Shown here in pieces: positions 17,210 through 27,563 of a stretch of 64,000 bases of DNA. The stretch's first letter is position 1. Each line of letters opens with the position of its first letter. Both the position numbers and the translations under genes were made by a program. The DNA comes from a virus. Lineage: Duplodnaviria > Heunggongvirae > Uroviricota > Caudoviricetes > Schitoviridae. The stretch spans positions 1 through 64,000 of IMG/VR virus record IMGVR_UViG_2645727700_000001, one strand, 5' to 3'. The notes under the pieces are model-generated. The model ran no database searches and was not told the DNA's origin. It saw only the letters and a list, made by a program, of their open reading frames with translations.

Positions 17210-17713
17210 CTACAGTACTAAATTACCCATTAAACGGGTACGGAGCATCTCGTATCCTTGTGCATTGAACTCAAGCACTTCTTGATGCATTTCAGGTGGT
17301 AAATCGCTTGGTGCCGGACAGCCTTGCCCTATGAACTTGATAATGGGTGGGTGAATACCCTCAGGTAGTAACCCTAAAACTTCCTCAACTTTGTTGGTCA
17401 TTGAGAAAACTTTAGACATCAGAGACATGACATAATCAGACTCAGAAATGATGTTGGTTCGGTGGGCTAATATCTTGTCCATCTCCGGGCGTAAACTTTC
17501 ATCCAATGGCTTAGGAATGATGTAACGTCCCTTCGATACAACGCGCTGTGCAAACGTCTCGCTGCGATATACGAAAGCTAGTGTGATACTGCCTGTAATC
17601 TCCTGATTACGTGTGGCAAGCTCTAGGATGCGTTTCTCGATATGGTTAAAGACTTTCCGGTAAAGGAACTCACGAATCTCACCTTGTAGGCGATACTTAT
17701 GTAGAGGGGACAT
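17210..17713 (-). CDS. hypothetical protein
   Basis: 167-aa ORF between helicase and polymerase. Confidence 0.45.
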   Translation of the reverse strand: MSPLHKYRLQGEIREFLYRKVFNHIEKRILELATRNQEITGSITLAFVYRSETFAQRVVSKGRYIIPKPLDESLRPEMDKILAHRTNIISESDYVMSLMSKVFSMTNKVEEVLGLLPEGIHPPIIKFIGQGCPAPSDLPPEMHQEVLEFNAQGYEMLRTRLMGNLVL

Positions 17714-18951
17714 TACATATCCCCTGTGAGAATTACCGTAGATTTAGCCCGAGAGATTGCAACATAGAGCATTCGAGCCAGTTGATTCATGTCTCGACAT
17801 CTGCAGATGTCATCCAGATCAATGAAGACTTTTTGGAAGGTAGATCCTTGTGACTTGTTGACCGTACAGCAATAAGCCGCACGTAAGTCACACCACGTCT
17901 CCTTGATCTCTTTAACCTTTGATGCATTCTTTTCTTCAACGGCTTCACTCAAGGCTTTGTCGTAGTCAGCCCAGTTATCCAACTGGAATAGACCTCTACA
18001 TTTGTCAGTATCAATGTTCTTGCCTGAGTAACCGTAACGGACTGCAGGTTCGATAGCTGTGATCAATACAGTGGCATCTGTCTTGATAGCTTCCTTGTTT
18101 ACCTGAACGTGATGATTGTTAACGGCATAATCGCCCTTAGCCAATTCAGGACGGCCAGTGGCTTTCTTACGCAACGCTTTGTTGTACTTGTTGACTCGGG
18201 CATTCGTCCAAGCAAGCATCTTAGAGTCCTTCATCTTCCAATCAGGATTTGTGAACTCAGCCATTACCAGGGAATCAAAGGTTTCCCGGTCTACACGTTG
18301 AATGTGTTTACCGTCTACCTTAAAGCGAGGGAAGGTCTCTACTTCACCTAAAATGAATTGGCGTAGTCGATGACTGATCTCTTTGATTGGATTGCCATCA
18401 TCTTGACGAACGACCTTTGTGAGTACAGCTTCTGGGAAGCCACGTTCAAATACCGGCGTATGATCAAGTCCTACCGGTGTTAACTGTGTTGGATCGCCCA
18501 TGAAAACAATCTTGCTGCTCTTAGTGGCAAACAGGATCATTTTGAGGAGCTTCTCATCAATGTAAGACGCTTCATCAATAAAGATGATCTGGTCTTCAAT
18601 GTCTGCAGCTCCATATTTACGCTTAAGGGTGTTCTCCCCTGTTGAGTAATCTGTGTGTACACGGATCTCTAAATGCGAGTGAATGGTATTAACGTCTTGA
18701 TCTGCAGCAACACTCAAAGCCTCTGCAGCTTTATGCGTAGTTGCAGTAAGGAATACCTCACGTGGACGATGTTTAGGGTTAATGATCTTGGCCAACTCAT
18801 CCGCTTTAGGGATGTGCTCCAATACCTGTTTAACCAGTGTGGTTTTACCTGTACCAGCAAAGCCCTTCAACACAAATACATGGGAGTCACGCGCTGAAAG
18901 AAATTTGATAATTGCGTCTTTAGCCGCTTGTTGGTCTGCTGTAAGTTCCAT
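17713..18951 (-). CDS. SF1 DNA helicase (Dda/RecD-like)
   Basis: Walker A GFAGTGKTT; Walker B IFIDEASYID; motif V-like TVNKSQGSTF. Confidence 0.8.
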   Translation of the reverse strand: MELTADQQAAKDAIIKFLSARDSHVFVLKGFAGTGKTTLVKQVLEHIPKADELAKIINPKHRPREVFLTATTHKAAEALSVAADQDVNTIHSHLEIRVHTDYSTGENTLKRKYGAADIEDQIIFIDEASYIDEKLLKMILFATKSSKIVFMGDPTQLTPVGLDHTPVFERGFPEAVLTKVVRQDDGNPIKEISHRLRQFILGEVETFPRFKVDGKHIQRVDRETFDSLVMAEFTNPDWKMKDSKMLAWTNARVNKYNKALRKKATGRPELAKGDYAVNNHHVQVNKEAIKTDATVLITAIEPAVRYGYSGKNIDTDKCRGLFQLDNWADYDKALSEAVEEKNASKVKEIKETWCDLRAAYCCTVNKSQGSTFQKVFIDLDDICRCRDMNQLARMLYVAISRAKSTVILTGDM

Positions 18952-18964
18952 ACATGTGTAGTCC

Positions 18965-20107
18965 TTATTTAAGTGTGAAATGAATCACTTTTCCAAAAGG
19001 GGCACGGAATTTAGGGTTGTCGTAGATGCACCAGAACACAGGTCTGTTGTCCACCTTCTTCAAGTACTGCATATCCCTGTGCCAAATGTGACCATCAGTA
19101 AGGATGATCAAAGCTTTAGATTTAGATTCTTTAAAGGTTTGGAATACTGGACGGATTAACGTTCCTCCTCCCCCCACAAAAGACAATTTAGTAAGGTCTC
19201 GGAATCCCTTAACGACTGAGACTTTCTGCACTTCATGGTCGAACTGAATGACCTCAATTAGCTCAGGTGAGTATTGTTTGAGAACCGAATACATCTCAGA
19301 GCAAAACTGTGTGCATACTTTGTCTGTGACTGAACCTGAAACGTCCACTGCAAAAGAGACTTGTGACAAGTTCCCTTCACTGACTAACGTAGGAAAATAA
19401 AGGCCATGCTGTAGGTACTTACGATTGAACTTTTTAGTGCTGTAATCACTTTTACTCATGGATTTCAGCAGGCGTGCCAATACCTTTCTCCAATCCACTT
19501 TCGGATTGAGCATGTCTTCCAGGTAACGTTTAATTTCACCCGGAATGTGTTTGTCACCCTTCTCCCCTTTCATCTCAGCGTAGAGCTGTGCACGGACTAC
19601 AATGTCAGTGATCTCTTTTGCTTTCTGTTTGTCTGCGGGAGATGCATCGCCGTCAATTGGCTCCATGTCGCATTCAAAGTCGTCATTTGGTGGATCATCT
19701 GGGAGACGGTCGTACACTTGCTCAGATGACAGACCATCGAACTTTTTGTTGTACAGCACCCAATTTGGGACTTTAAAACCGGCCTCGGCTAAGAATCCGT
19801 TAATGACGTAATCACATGCTTTATTCCACTTTTTGAAGTTACGATCACCAACACGAATCATGTGCATATAGGCAACGTGTAGTGCTTCATGTGCCAGTAC
19901 AAATACACGTTCATCAATGGGTAAAGCTGCAAAGAACTTAGGGTTAATGATCAACTGTTTACCATTTGTGGCTGCAGTCTTTGTGTGCGCCTCTGATACG
20001 ATCAGCTCTAATGAGAAACAGATCGTACTGATAAACGTGGTTTCAGGTTTCTGGATTAATCCAATCTTTGCTCGGCTAATTGCCTTAGCTAATTCATCTT
20101 CGGTCAT
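18965..20107 (-). CDS. HExxH metallopeptidase-like / von Willebrand factor A (vWA) domain protein
   Basis: N-terminal LAHEALHVAYMH (HExxH); C-terminal MIDAS motif AVDVSGSVTD (DxSxS). Confidence 0.7.
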   Translation of the reverse strand: MTEDELAKAISRAKIGLIQKPETTFISTICFSLELIVSEAHTKTAATNGKQLIINPKFFAALPIDERVFVLAHEALHVAYMHMIRVGDRNFKKWNKACDYVINGFLAEAGFKVPNWVLYNKKFDGLSSEQVYDRLPDDPPNDDFECDMEPIDGDASPADKQKAKEITDIVVRAQLYAEMKGEKGDKHIPGEIKRYLEDMLNPKVDWRKVLARLLKSMSKSDYSTKKFNRKYLQHGLYFPTLVSEGNLSQVSFAVDVSGSVTDKVCTQFCSEMYSVLKQYSPELIEVIQFDHEVQKVSVVKGFRDLTKLSFVGGGGTLIRPVFQTFKESKSKALIILTDGHIWHRDMQYLKKVDNRPVFWCIYDNPKFRAPFGKVIHFTLK

Positions 20108-20120
20108 TTTGTTGGTTTCC

Positions 20121-20163
20121 TACTTACTCACTTAAGTAAGTAAATTAATACTTAAGTAATTAA
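20121..20163. promoter_or_regulatory. palindrome-family elements upstream of the vWA gene
   Basis: TACTTACTCACTTAAGTAAGTAA followed by TTAATACTTAAGTAATTAA. Confidence 0.45.
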
Positions 20164-20564
20164 TCATCTAAAAATACGTTACGATAGTTATCGTATGCGT
20201 GAGCTACCAGATCCGATGAGAACTGGTGGAACTTAAGCCCTTCCAGTAATTCAAAGTAACTGGCGTTCTCTGCTGTGGCTGAGTTCAGGTTGTCTAAGAC
20301 AGTCGCTTTGTTGCGTGCAACTTCGCTGGCATTAATGTACTTCCAGTCCCCTTCTTCACCCCAAAGCCAGATAAAAGGCACCGCATTACGGCGTAGGTCA
20401 AGTAACCAGATAGGTTCTTGCTCTACTTTATCCAAAGTAAGGATTGCACGTGTACCGTTGGTTGTTACCCCTACACGCTCATGGCCATAACGAGTGGTCT
20501 TGAGCAATACAGGATTTACATAAGCTTTGAGGATTAGGAGTTTTGCTCCTGATTTCTTAATCAT
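20160..20564 (-). CDS. hypothetical protein
   Basis: 134-aa ORF. Confidence 0.4.
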   Translation of the reverse strand: MIKKSGAKLLILKAYVNPVLLKTTRYGHERVGVTTNGTRAILTLDKVEQEPIWLLDLRRNAVPFIWLWGEEGDWKYINASEVARNKATVLDNLNSATAENASYFELLEGLKFHQFSSDLVAHAYDNYRNVFLDD

Positions 20565-21190
20565 TTAAACATGTCCAAAAGATCTCGGGGATTGCCCCAA
20601 ATTGATTTGTTTATTACATCTGTTGCAAGGCTTGGACGAACAACACGGGCCATACTTTCACGTCTATACGCTGCCAATTGGTCAGCATCTAACGGTGGAT
20701 CAATGTAGTCACGGAGTTTGTCGTCAATCAGGTTTAGAACTTGGATTGCATGATCTGGTGTTGCCACTGAGTAGCGAACCATTTCTTTAACCTGTTCTGG
20801 CTGAAATTGAGCACTGTCGTAATCTAAGCTTTTATGGCGATAAGAATGGCCATTAACGAAACGTGCTATGTGAAAGTGCTCACGAGTCCGTTGGCTGGAA
20901 TTAACCATCGTGAAAGGTATAACTTTATGGTGGAGGTCTTTAATTATTGGATAAGTATCCACTCGACCTACCGTTGTAGGGTGGCTGCGTCTTGCTACGA
21001 TTGAGCGTACTTGTGGCTTACCCGCTTGCATACATTGCCATTTAAACTCGCTATGCATTTGTGCAATATTCATAATTTCAGCGGCATGTTCTACAAGGCA
21101 GTAGATTACAAGAGGGGTGTCACGTGTTAAGGAACGGAATACTGCCCGTAAATCCTCAGAGTACTCAAAAGTTTGATCAGGGCCGAACAT
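20561..21190 (-). CDS. hypothetical protein
   Basis: 209-aa ORF. Confidence 0.45.
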   Translation of the reverse strand: MFGPDQTFEYSEDLRAVFRSLTRDTPLVIYCLVEHAAEIMNIAQMHSEFKWQCMQAGKPQVRSIVARRSHPTTVGRVDTYPIIKDLHHKVIPFTMVNSSQRTREHFHIARFVNGHSYRHKSLDYDSAQFQPEQVKEMVRYSVATPDHAIQVLNLIDDKLRDYIDPPLDADQLAAYRRESMARVVRPSLATDVINKSIWGNPRDLLDMFK

Positions 21191-21624
21191 TACAGTTTTC
21201 CTAATACTGGATTAATGGTTTCGCGCATGATTGCAGTTTTGGTCATTTGAATATCCTCCTCAGTAAACCGGTAAGGGTCGTCTATGTAAGGATCTAAAAC
21301 ATTTGTTTGACCATTTGGTAAAAAACGAAAGGGCTGCATTGTCCAATGTCCGTCGTTTACATGAAATGGTGATTCTGTAACAGTTGTACTATCGTAATAC
21401 CGTTGACGTAATGTAAAAGGAACCTTGAGTTGTAAAAGTGCATTGATAGGCGCACGCCCTTCACTGTTGTAATAAGGTCTAAGCGCCATGCAAACAACAT
21501 CGGGATGTGGGGCATGCATACCCACATGCACATGCACTAAGAACTTTTCAATTAAAGGTAAGCCATCTAAAAGGGTCTTATGGAAGTACAGAACGTACTT
21601 AATACCACGGGGAATCTCCTTCAT
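21190..21624 (-). CDS. hypothetical protein with His-rich segment (HVHVGMHAPHPD), possible metal-binding
   Basis: 144-aa ORF. Confidence 0.4.
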   Translation of the reverse strand: MKEIPRGIKYVLYFHKTLLDGLPLIEKFLVHVHVGMHAPHPDVVCMALRPYYNSEGRAPINALLQLKVPFTLRQRYYDSTTVTESPFHVNDGHWTMQPFRFLPNGQTNVLDPYIDDPYRFTEEDIQMTKTAIMRETINPVLGKL

Positions 21625-22091
21625 TTAGGTTTCACCATCTGCGCCATCAAATAGCGTTTAGCATTGAGACCGGTCATGTCATATCCTGGTGTAGTGGTAT
21701 AACGGATATGCTCCGCTAATTTCTCCTCTACATAATCCAAGTTGCCCGTGTTAAGCCATACTTTTAGAGTGTCAGGGTCGATGAACTCACCTTTATCTGT
21801 GTACTCAGCTTTGTATAGCTCGCCCTTTTCAGTAAAACGGTAATGTGTATAACCTTCCCCATATTCACCGCCCTCACCGTTCCATATGGAGTGCTCAATG
21901 CCGGCTTCAAGAAGGGTCTGTGACTCAGCATCTAAATCACCGTAATTCACCTCACAAACCTCAAAGGTCATTGTCCCTTCATTATTTGCATTGAAGCAGT
22001 ACGTGCCCCACCCATAGTTTTGAAAGATTTTCACCGCTCTGACTTGATCGGAAGCCTTAACGGTAATGTGACAAGTGCAACGATCACCCAT
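21621..22091 (-). CDS. hypothetical protein
   Basis: 156-aa ORF. Confidence 0.4.
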   Translation of the reverse strand: MGDRCTCHITVKASDQVRAVKIFQNYGWGTYCFNANNEGTMTFEVCEVNYGDLDAESQTLLEAGIEHSIWNGEGGEYGEGYTHYRFTEKGELYKAEYTDKGEFIDPDTLKVWLNTGNLDYVEEKLAEHIRYTTTPGYDMTGLNAKRYLMAQMVKPK

Positions 22092-22599
22092 GAGCTGCCC
22101 CCGGTCTTACCATGAACTTGAGTGCTATGACTTTAGCCTTTTCAACATCAATTTGGGTAAAACTCCATGGACGGCAACGCTCTGCCAGCTCCTCTAACTT
22201 CTCGCTGAGGATACCTTCGGTTTGCCAATACATAAGGGTTGATATACCAGTAAATTGGTTGTCGTACTCAACTCCCTTATGGGCATAATTACCATCCGAG
22301 GTGTAACCTGCATAAAGATAGGCTTCATCACGATCATCACGACCCTCAATTTCAAATTTGAAAGGGAATTGGTTTTTAAGCAATTCCTTCTGTAAATCGA
22401 GATCACTAATATCAATGTCGATTTCAGCTCTAAATAATGAAATACCATTCAGAGGTACAACAGTTGAGTAATTAACTCGGTAATGGCTAAGCAATTGTTT
22501 TAAGGCTTCGGCCAATGGTAAAGGAACGTCAATTGTGATTGAGTGTGGGTCATGCACTGCAACTAAACTAAAATCATAAGGGTTTATGTTTAACATCAA
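22084..22599 (-). CDS. hypothetical protein
   Basis: 171-aa ORF. Confidence 0.4.
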   Translation of the reverse strand: MMLNINPYDFSLVAVHDPHSITIDVPLPLAEALKQLLSHYRVNYSTVVPLNGISLFRAEIDIDISDLDLQKELLKNQFPFKFEIEGRDDRDEAYLYAGYTSDGNYAHKGVEYDNQFTGISTLMYWQTEGILSEKLEELAERCRPWSFTQIDVEKAKVIALKFMVRPGAAHG

Positions 22600-22739
22600 T
22601 AACTCACATGGCTTGGTACACGGCCAAATTTGCGAACAAACTTAACCTGTGCACCGTATAGCGTATCTGATTCAATGGTTTCATAACGGGTACGGAAATA
22701 GCCCCCTACCCGTTCTGTGTAATGGAAATCGAAGCGCAC

Positions 22740-23759
22740 TTAGAACACTCGCGCTGCTGCAGTGTTAAGCCAGTTCTGAGATTCCTCTAAGTCATACAAG
22801 TGAGGTTGACGGGCAAACATGTCACGCATGGCCACTACTACCAACTCATCCGGGAAGCGATCTAAATAGTCGATCACATCCTGTAGGTTGTCCTCAGTGG
22901 TTTGCTGACATAAGCTACCCATCAATGCCCATTGAATATCTAGGCGTTTTGGCACAGGGTAATTCTTAGGGTCTTGGCGGATCTGTTTGAGCGTAGGTAG
23001 TTCTTTGTAGATGTCTGCGTATTGGATAAATACACTTGCCACACCTTCACCAATAAGTGATGCAAGAAGTGCGGTATCGCCCTCCCCTACAGGTTGGCCT
23101 ACGATACAATCACTTGATTTGTGCCACGTACGAGCACATGCATACGGTTCTTCTGGTGTATCTGGATTGAGTGTATGAATCAGATCTGGTTTGAAACGAA
23201 GGAATGATGTGATGCGGTGATCAATACCGGCATTGTTAGCCCATTCACACCAGTCAGGTGCACTTTCAACAACTTCAAAGTTCGCCGTACGAGATGTAAT
23301 AGCGGATGATTGAGGTTCTACGATTGCACCATCAGTAGACAAGTTACCTGCAGCAACCATCAGAACATTTGGGTGCAACTTGCGTTGCCCTACCATGCGA
23401 TCAAGTACAAGTTTATATGCAGCTACCTGAACTGCCTTAGGCGCAGATGAGAACTCATCAAGGCCAATTAACCAACCACGTTTACCTTTTGGAAGTGGCC
23501 AAGATTCAGTCGGGAACAAGTTTAATGGGACATACTCCGCATAGCCCTTCTCATCGTTAATACGTGGGAAGCCTGCGAACTCAGTTGGGTCCATATCCGC
23601 TAAGCGAACATCAATGTATTGTAGTTCCAGCTTTTCAGCGAGAGCCATGAATAGGGCTGATTTGCCGATACCCGGTTTTCCGTGTAAGAACGGTACAATC
23701 CCTGCCTTTAACTGGCGTAAGAGAATAGGTTCCAATTGCTTCAACGTTACTTTAATCAT
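22740..23759 (-). CDS. MoxR-like AAA+ ATPase
   Basis: Walker A GKPGIGKS; Walker B LIGLDEFSSAP; partner of the vWA protein, as in N4-like phages. Confidence 0.75.
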   Translation of the reverse strand: MIKVTLKQLEPILLRQLKAGIVPFLHGKPGIGKSALFMALAEKLELQYIDVRLADMDPTEFAGFPRINDEKGYAEYVPLNLFPTESWPLPKGKRGWLIGLDEFSSAPKAVQVAAYKLVLDRMVGQRKLHPNVLMVAAGNLSTDGAIVEPQSSAITSRTANFEVVESAPDWCEWANNAGIDHRITSFLRFKPDLIHTLNPDTPEEPYACARTWHKSSDCIVGQPVGEGDTALLASLIGEGVASVFIQYADIYKELPTLKQIRQDPKNYPVPKRLDIQWALMGSLCQQTTEDNLQDVIDYLDRFPDELVVVAMRDMFARQPHLYDLEESQNWLNTAAARVF

Positions 23760-23788
23760 TTTAAGTTTACCTTTAATTACTTAATTGC

Positions 23789-23808
23789 TTACTTACTTAA
23801 GTAAGTAA
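23789..23808. promoter_or_regulatory. 20-bp perfect palindrome TTACTTACTTAAGTAAGTAA upstream of the AAA+ ATPase gene
   Basis: perfect palindrome 30 bp upstream of the start. Confidence 0.5.
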
Positions 23809-23954
23809 ATTAGATAGATAGTTCACGAACAAGAGTGTTGTGATAGATCATCAGATGTGCGAAGAACTCATTTGCTGCGCCTTTAGGTGCATGAGACTTC
23901 ATGTTGTGCCAAGCCTCATCAAGAGAGTTAGCAGTGTTGTACAGAGTGTTGGTT

Positions 23955-24377
23955 TTAGCTTGAATGCCTTGCGCCGTTAACATTTGGTGAATCCTGAGAA
24001 TTTGTTGTTGTAAAGTCAGTTAGTTCCGGTGGTGGTGACTTCATTCCAGTAAAAGACTGTGTGAAGCACGCCACACGTTGTTCTATGGTGAGCTGGTTAA
24101 ACAGTTCTTGATAAGACTGTGTGCTCATTAGTTGCTTTCGCAACTGTTGGACATTTGTGATGCCCAAGGTCTTGAGTTGCTCTAACATGGCATCCTGATC
24201 TGGGGTCTTTCGACTGCTGATCTTAACGAGTCCTACATCTGCTAGAACGTTTTTAACCGTAGTTACTGAGACGTTGTAGTAGCTGGCAAGATCGTTAGGG
24301 TGCGTATTTCCATGTTTGAATGCCGCAATAATCTCCTGCCTTTGGGCAAAAGATAGCTTACGAAAGGTCATAATCAA
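23955..24377 (-). CDS. HTH DNA-binding protein (putative transcriptional regulator)
   Basis: HTH-like LASYYNVSVTTVKNVLADVGL. Confidence 0.5.
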   Translation of the reverse strand: MIMTFRKLSFAQRQEIIAAFKHGNTHPNDLASYYNVSVTTVKNVLADVGLVKISSRKTPDQDAMLEQLKTLGITNVQQLRKQLMSTQSYQELFNQLTIEQRVACFTQSFTGMKSPPPELTDFTTTNSQDSPNVNGARHSS

Positions 24378-24576
24378 GTCCTTATGGATGAAGTTAGGCT
24401 ATAGGGCTGCTTCGTCAAAAAGGACTCTTTTAGTACTTTTAGTATATCGGTTTAGTAGTTTCGTCAGACTGTGTGCGAGACCATTAAAGTACGCAAGAGT
24501 CCTGTGACTTTGCATCTCATTTTAGTGAGCGAAGCTCACCTAGTAAATGCATAGTGGGCGAAACTTACACACTTAA

Positions 24577-24588
24577 TTACTTAAGTAA
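24577..24588. promoter_or_regulatory. short palindrome TTACTTAAGTAA between the RNAPII catalytic gene and the HTH gene
   Basis: 12-bp palindrome with flanking GTAAGTAG. Confidence 0.35.
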
Positions 24589-24616
24589 GTAGTAACGCCC
24601 ACAGGTTGTACTTTAA

Positions 24617-25873
24617 TTAGCAGATTGCATAGTTTGACTTGCGAATCTTACTAGACAGATTGGTTGAATGTTTATGGAACTTGTAATCCTTATTATGGGT
24701 TACTTGCTTGATGATGTACTCAAGAACATCAGAGTCAGCGAGTTCCGCTAAGATCTCACGATACCAGTGGCGTAAGACGTTGCAGTTGTTTGGCAATGCA
24801 CAGAATGCATCATGCACAGTTGTCACCATGAATGGTTCGTAGCTGAGCATTACTTCAAGCAGTGCCAACAGGTCTGCAAGGTAGCCACGATGCAGTTGAT
24901 CTACGTTTTCAGAGGTAATGTGCGGGATAACTACCACAGACACAATGCCATGTTGATTGGCAAGGTTGAAGTAGTATTTAAGCTCCTCATCAGTCAATGG
25001 TTGTGGCTTCTCATTGCTGAGTAAGTAATCCTTGATGATGTGGTACACCTTACGAGTCATGTTCTTGTTGTAGTTACAACGGCGAATCAATTCACGTAAT
25101 AGGAACGCATCAATAGAGTGGATAACGTTGGCCACGTTCGATACACCACGATCTGAACCTTGGTTTACCTTAGATTCAATGGTCATGTTGTAGTTGAACA
25201 TCTCTGCAATATGCACACGTGTTTCCACTTTCTGCATTACTTTGACTTGTGCTACAAAGCCGTCAGGTAGTTGCCAAGTGTGTGCCAAAGCGCCTCGTTG
25301 CCATGTATTACGCAAGATCTGAAGTAATTCAAACGTACCTTTTGCCTCTTTGTGACAGGCCATATAGAACGCTTCAAGCACTTGACCTTCACCAAAGTAT
25401 TCCTTTGGTTTAGCCTGTGAGCCGTATGTACACGGCATAATGGCATCTTTTGCGTCTTTACGAGCAACGTTAATATCCTGAATGCCTTTCTGTTTAAGGA
25501 TGACATTCAAAGTGTCCGTAATGAACTTGTATGCATCCATACGTTGATCTGGGTCAATTAGACCGGTGATGTATGCACCTTTCTGACAGCCTGTAATAGC
25601 TGACATGATCTGGATGCCTGAACATACCGCATCTAACGAAGGCATGTGACCTACTTCCTCACCATTCAATGCACGGCGAAATGCCATTACTGCTTTGGCG
25701 TACAGGATAGGGTCTTCATCAACTTGGTCTTGTAAATCTTCCAATTGATGTAGGTTGTCTTTCACCCACTGGATGCGATACTCGAAGGGCTTCTTATCTA
25801 AACCGAAATGGTTTGCGATGTCGATTGCCATGTACTCGATGCCAGTGAAAGTTTTCATGTTATTGAATTGCAT
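24617..25873 (-). CDS. phage RNA polymerase II catalytic subunit (T7-like single-subunit RNAP fold; N4 gp16-like)
   Basis: Motif A PSLDAVCSGIQIMSA (T7 DGSCSGIQHFSA); motif B ARKDAKDAIMPCTYGSQ (R-x3-K-x7-YGS); motif C TVHDAFCAL (HDS/A). Confidence 0.85.
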   Translation of the reverse strand: MQFNNMKTFTGIEYMAIDIANHFGLDKKPFEYRIQWVKDNLHQLEDLQDQVDEDPILYAKAVMAFRRALNGEEVGHMPSLDAVCSGIQIMSAITGCQKGAYITGLIDPDQRMDAYKFITDTLNVILKQKGIQDINVARKDAKDAIMPCTYGSQAKPKEYFGEGQVLEAFYMACHKEAKGTFELLQILRNTWQRGALAHTWQLPDGFVAQVKVMQKVETRVHIAEMFNYNMTIESKVNQGSDRGVSNVANVIHSIDAFLLRELIRRCNYNKNMTRKVYHIIKDYLLSNEKPQPLTDEELKYYFNLANQHGIVSVVVIPHITSENVDQLHRGYLADLLALLEVMLSYEPFMVTTVHDAFCALPNNCNVLRHWYREILAELADSDVLEYIIKQVTHNKDYKFHKHSTNLSSKIRKSNYAIC

Positions 25874-25892
25874 AATGTTTCCTTTAATTGGT

Positions 25893-25919
25893 TTAAGTGT
25901 CTACTTACTCAATTACTTA
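25893..25919. promoter_or_regulatory. palindrome-family element upstream of the RNAPII catalytic subunit gene
   Basis: TACTTACTCAATTACTTAAGTAAGTAT; core 12-bp palindrome 25904-25915. Confidence 0.45.
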
Positions 25920-26037
25920 AGTAAGTATTAAGGTACAATGTAGTTATAGCAGATGGTGCATTGATCACAGAGCACCTCTACGAGCGTGTCACACTCAAAG
26001 CAATACTCGTATTGAACTGGTTGAATTGAACGGATAA

Positions 26038-26235
26038 TCATAATCTTCCCCATGTTTGGTGATCGGCTTCGGTCATGTGTGATTCACGGCGCATTTCCTC
26101 AAGTTCTTTTTCAATGGCTTGAGGTAGGCATTCATCACACGAATAGAACGTATAATACTTAGAGCGTTTCACTGCTCGGTTCTTGGTACATAGGCTGCAC
26201 CAGTGGCCACGTTGATTGGATCTCAAAGCGTACAT
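26038..26235 (-). CDS. small C4 zinc-ribbon protein
   Basis: CSLCTKN ... CDEC cysteine pairs in 65 aa. Confidence 0.4.
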   Translation of the reverse strand: MYALRSNQRGHWCSLCTKNRAVKRSKYYTFYSCDECLPQAIEKELEEMRRESHMTEADHQTWGRL

Positions 26236-26510
26236 TAACTTGCTACCATTACTTTAAGTGCCATGACTTTGAGTTCAGCTAAAGTACTGATCTTAGTGGA
26301 TTTCATTTCTAATGTATGAAAGCCGCCACGTTCAGAGACGTGGATGTTGTACTTACCTAAGATACGGTACACCAATAGATAGAGCGTGTTATTAACCCCA
26401 TACTCTATCCAGTTCAAACCCTTGTCAGTAATACCTACAAGAATGGCTTGCCATTCAGGGTACTCATCAAGGGGTACATCGTTAGGGTCAATTAAGAACA
26501 CTTCACTCAC
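26235..26510 (-). CDS. hypothetical protein
   Basis: 91-aa ORF. Confidence 0.4.
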   Translation of the reverse strand: MSEVFLIDPNDVPLDEYPEWQAILVGITDKGLNWIEYGVNNTLYLLVYRILGKYNIHVSERGGFHTLEMKSTKISTLAELKVMALKVMVAS

Positions 26511-26513
26511 TGT

Positions 26514-27497
26514 TTAAGCTCCTAAGAATGCTTCAATGCCTGTAGGCACTTCCTTCTTCTTGGAATTGAGCATTCCTTTCTTGAAAGAGTTACCTTGAGG
26601 TGATAAGTGATAACCGCATGCATAGATACGGCCACGCTTATCAACTTTGTGCGTGAAGAATACAGAATTACCTTTACTATTCAAGTACATGTACAGGAAG
26701 TAACATTGTTTCTTGTACTTCTCAAAGTTCTCGATAGCGAATGCTTCCATTGCCCGTTGATCTTTGCTCATGTACGTTACGCCGTCTTGTTTAGTTGGCT
26801 TAGGTTCAGGTTCTTCAACAGTACTGAGGAACTCAATATCTAGCTCGAACTCATTAGAGTTCATAATGTTCAAGACATCGAGGCAAATGTCCCAATCGTG
26901 ATGGTTCTGAAAACCTCCAAGAATTAAGCTATCACCTTGCTGTGTTAAGTATCCACTGCTGCGGTTATGACGTAACTTCTTAGGTCTGTGGATCATCGGT
27001 GGCAAGTAAGTTGCCTGATACATGAATGCTTCTGTCTCTGGATCAAGAGTGATCTTAGACATGATCATGTACGATGCATCCTTACTGTTTGAGATCTTTC
27101 CAGCATCAAATAGGTCTATATCAGCCAATACAGAGATAACCTCTGCCATAGTCTGAATAGCCTTGACGTTATCAGCCATTTTAAGCAATGCAGCACACTT
27201 AGCACTGATTGACACCAATGGGATTGGCTTCTGTGCAGACAGTGCAATCTCTGTGATGATCTTATAGACCAGCTCCTTAATATCTAAGGCACAGAGCTGT
27301 GCTACACGTTCAGCTTTCATATCAAAGTGATCGTCTAATATCCAATCTGTAAGGATGTCTGCACCTTCATCCATGATGGCCACAAGTTCAGGTGATGCCA
27401 TGATTTCAGCGTACGCTTTCTTAAAGATCAAACGTTTATCGAAGGCAACTTCAATACGTTGTTGTAGGTCATAGCGAGCGCGAGTGATCTTAGTCAT
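26514..27497 (-). CDS. putative RNA polymerase II small subunit (N4 gp15-like)
   Basis: Immediately upstream of, and co-oriented with, the catalytic subunit; the catalytic ORF lacks an N-terminal domain; assignment is by position and analogy with N4, not a motif. Confidence 0.5.
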   Translation of the reverse strand: MTKITRARYDLQQRIEVAFDKRLIFKKAYAEIMASPELVAIMDEGADILTDWILDDHFDMKAERVAQLCALDIKELVYKIITEIALSAQKPIPLVSISAKCAALLKMADNVKAIQTMAEVISVLADIDLFDAGKISNSKDASYMIMSKITLDPETEAFMYQATYLPPMIHRPKKLRHNRSSGYLTQQGDSLILGGFQNHHDWDICLDVLNIMNSNEFELDIEFLSTVEEPEPKPTKQDGVTYMSKDQRAMEAFAIENFEKYKKQCYFLYMYLNSKGNSVFFTHKVDKRGRIYACGYHLSPQGNSFKKGMLNSKKKEVPTGIEAFLGA

Positions 27498-27521
27498 ATC
27501 AGTATCCTTTAATTGGTTTAG

Positions 27522-27556
27522 TTAAATAAAAAAGCCTAACCACATGGGCTAGGCTT
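27522..27556 (-). terminator. hairpin AGCCTAACC-ACAT-GGGCTAGGCT with TTTTTATTT tail on the minus strand
   Basis: between minus genes 27564..27881 and 26514..27497. Confidence 0.6.
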
Positions 27557-27563
27557 AATTTGA

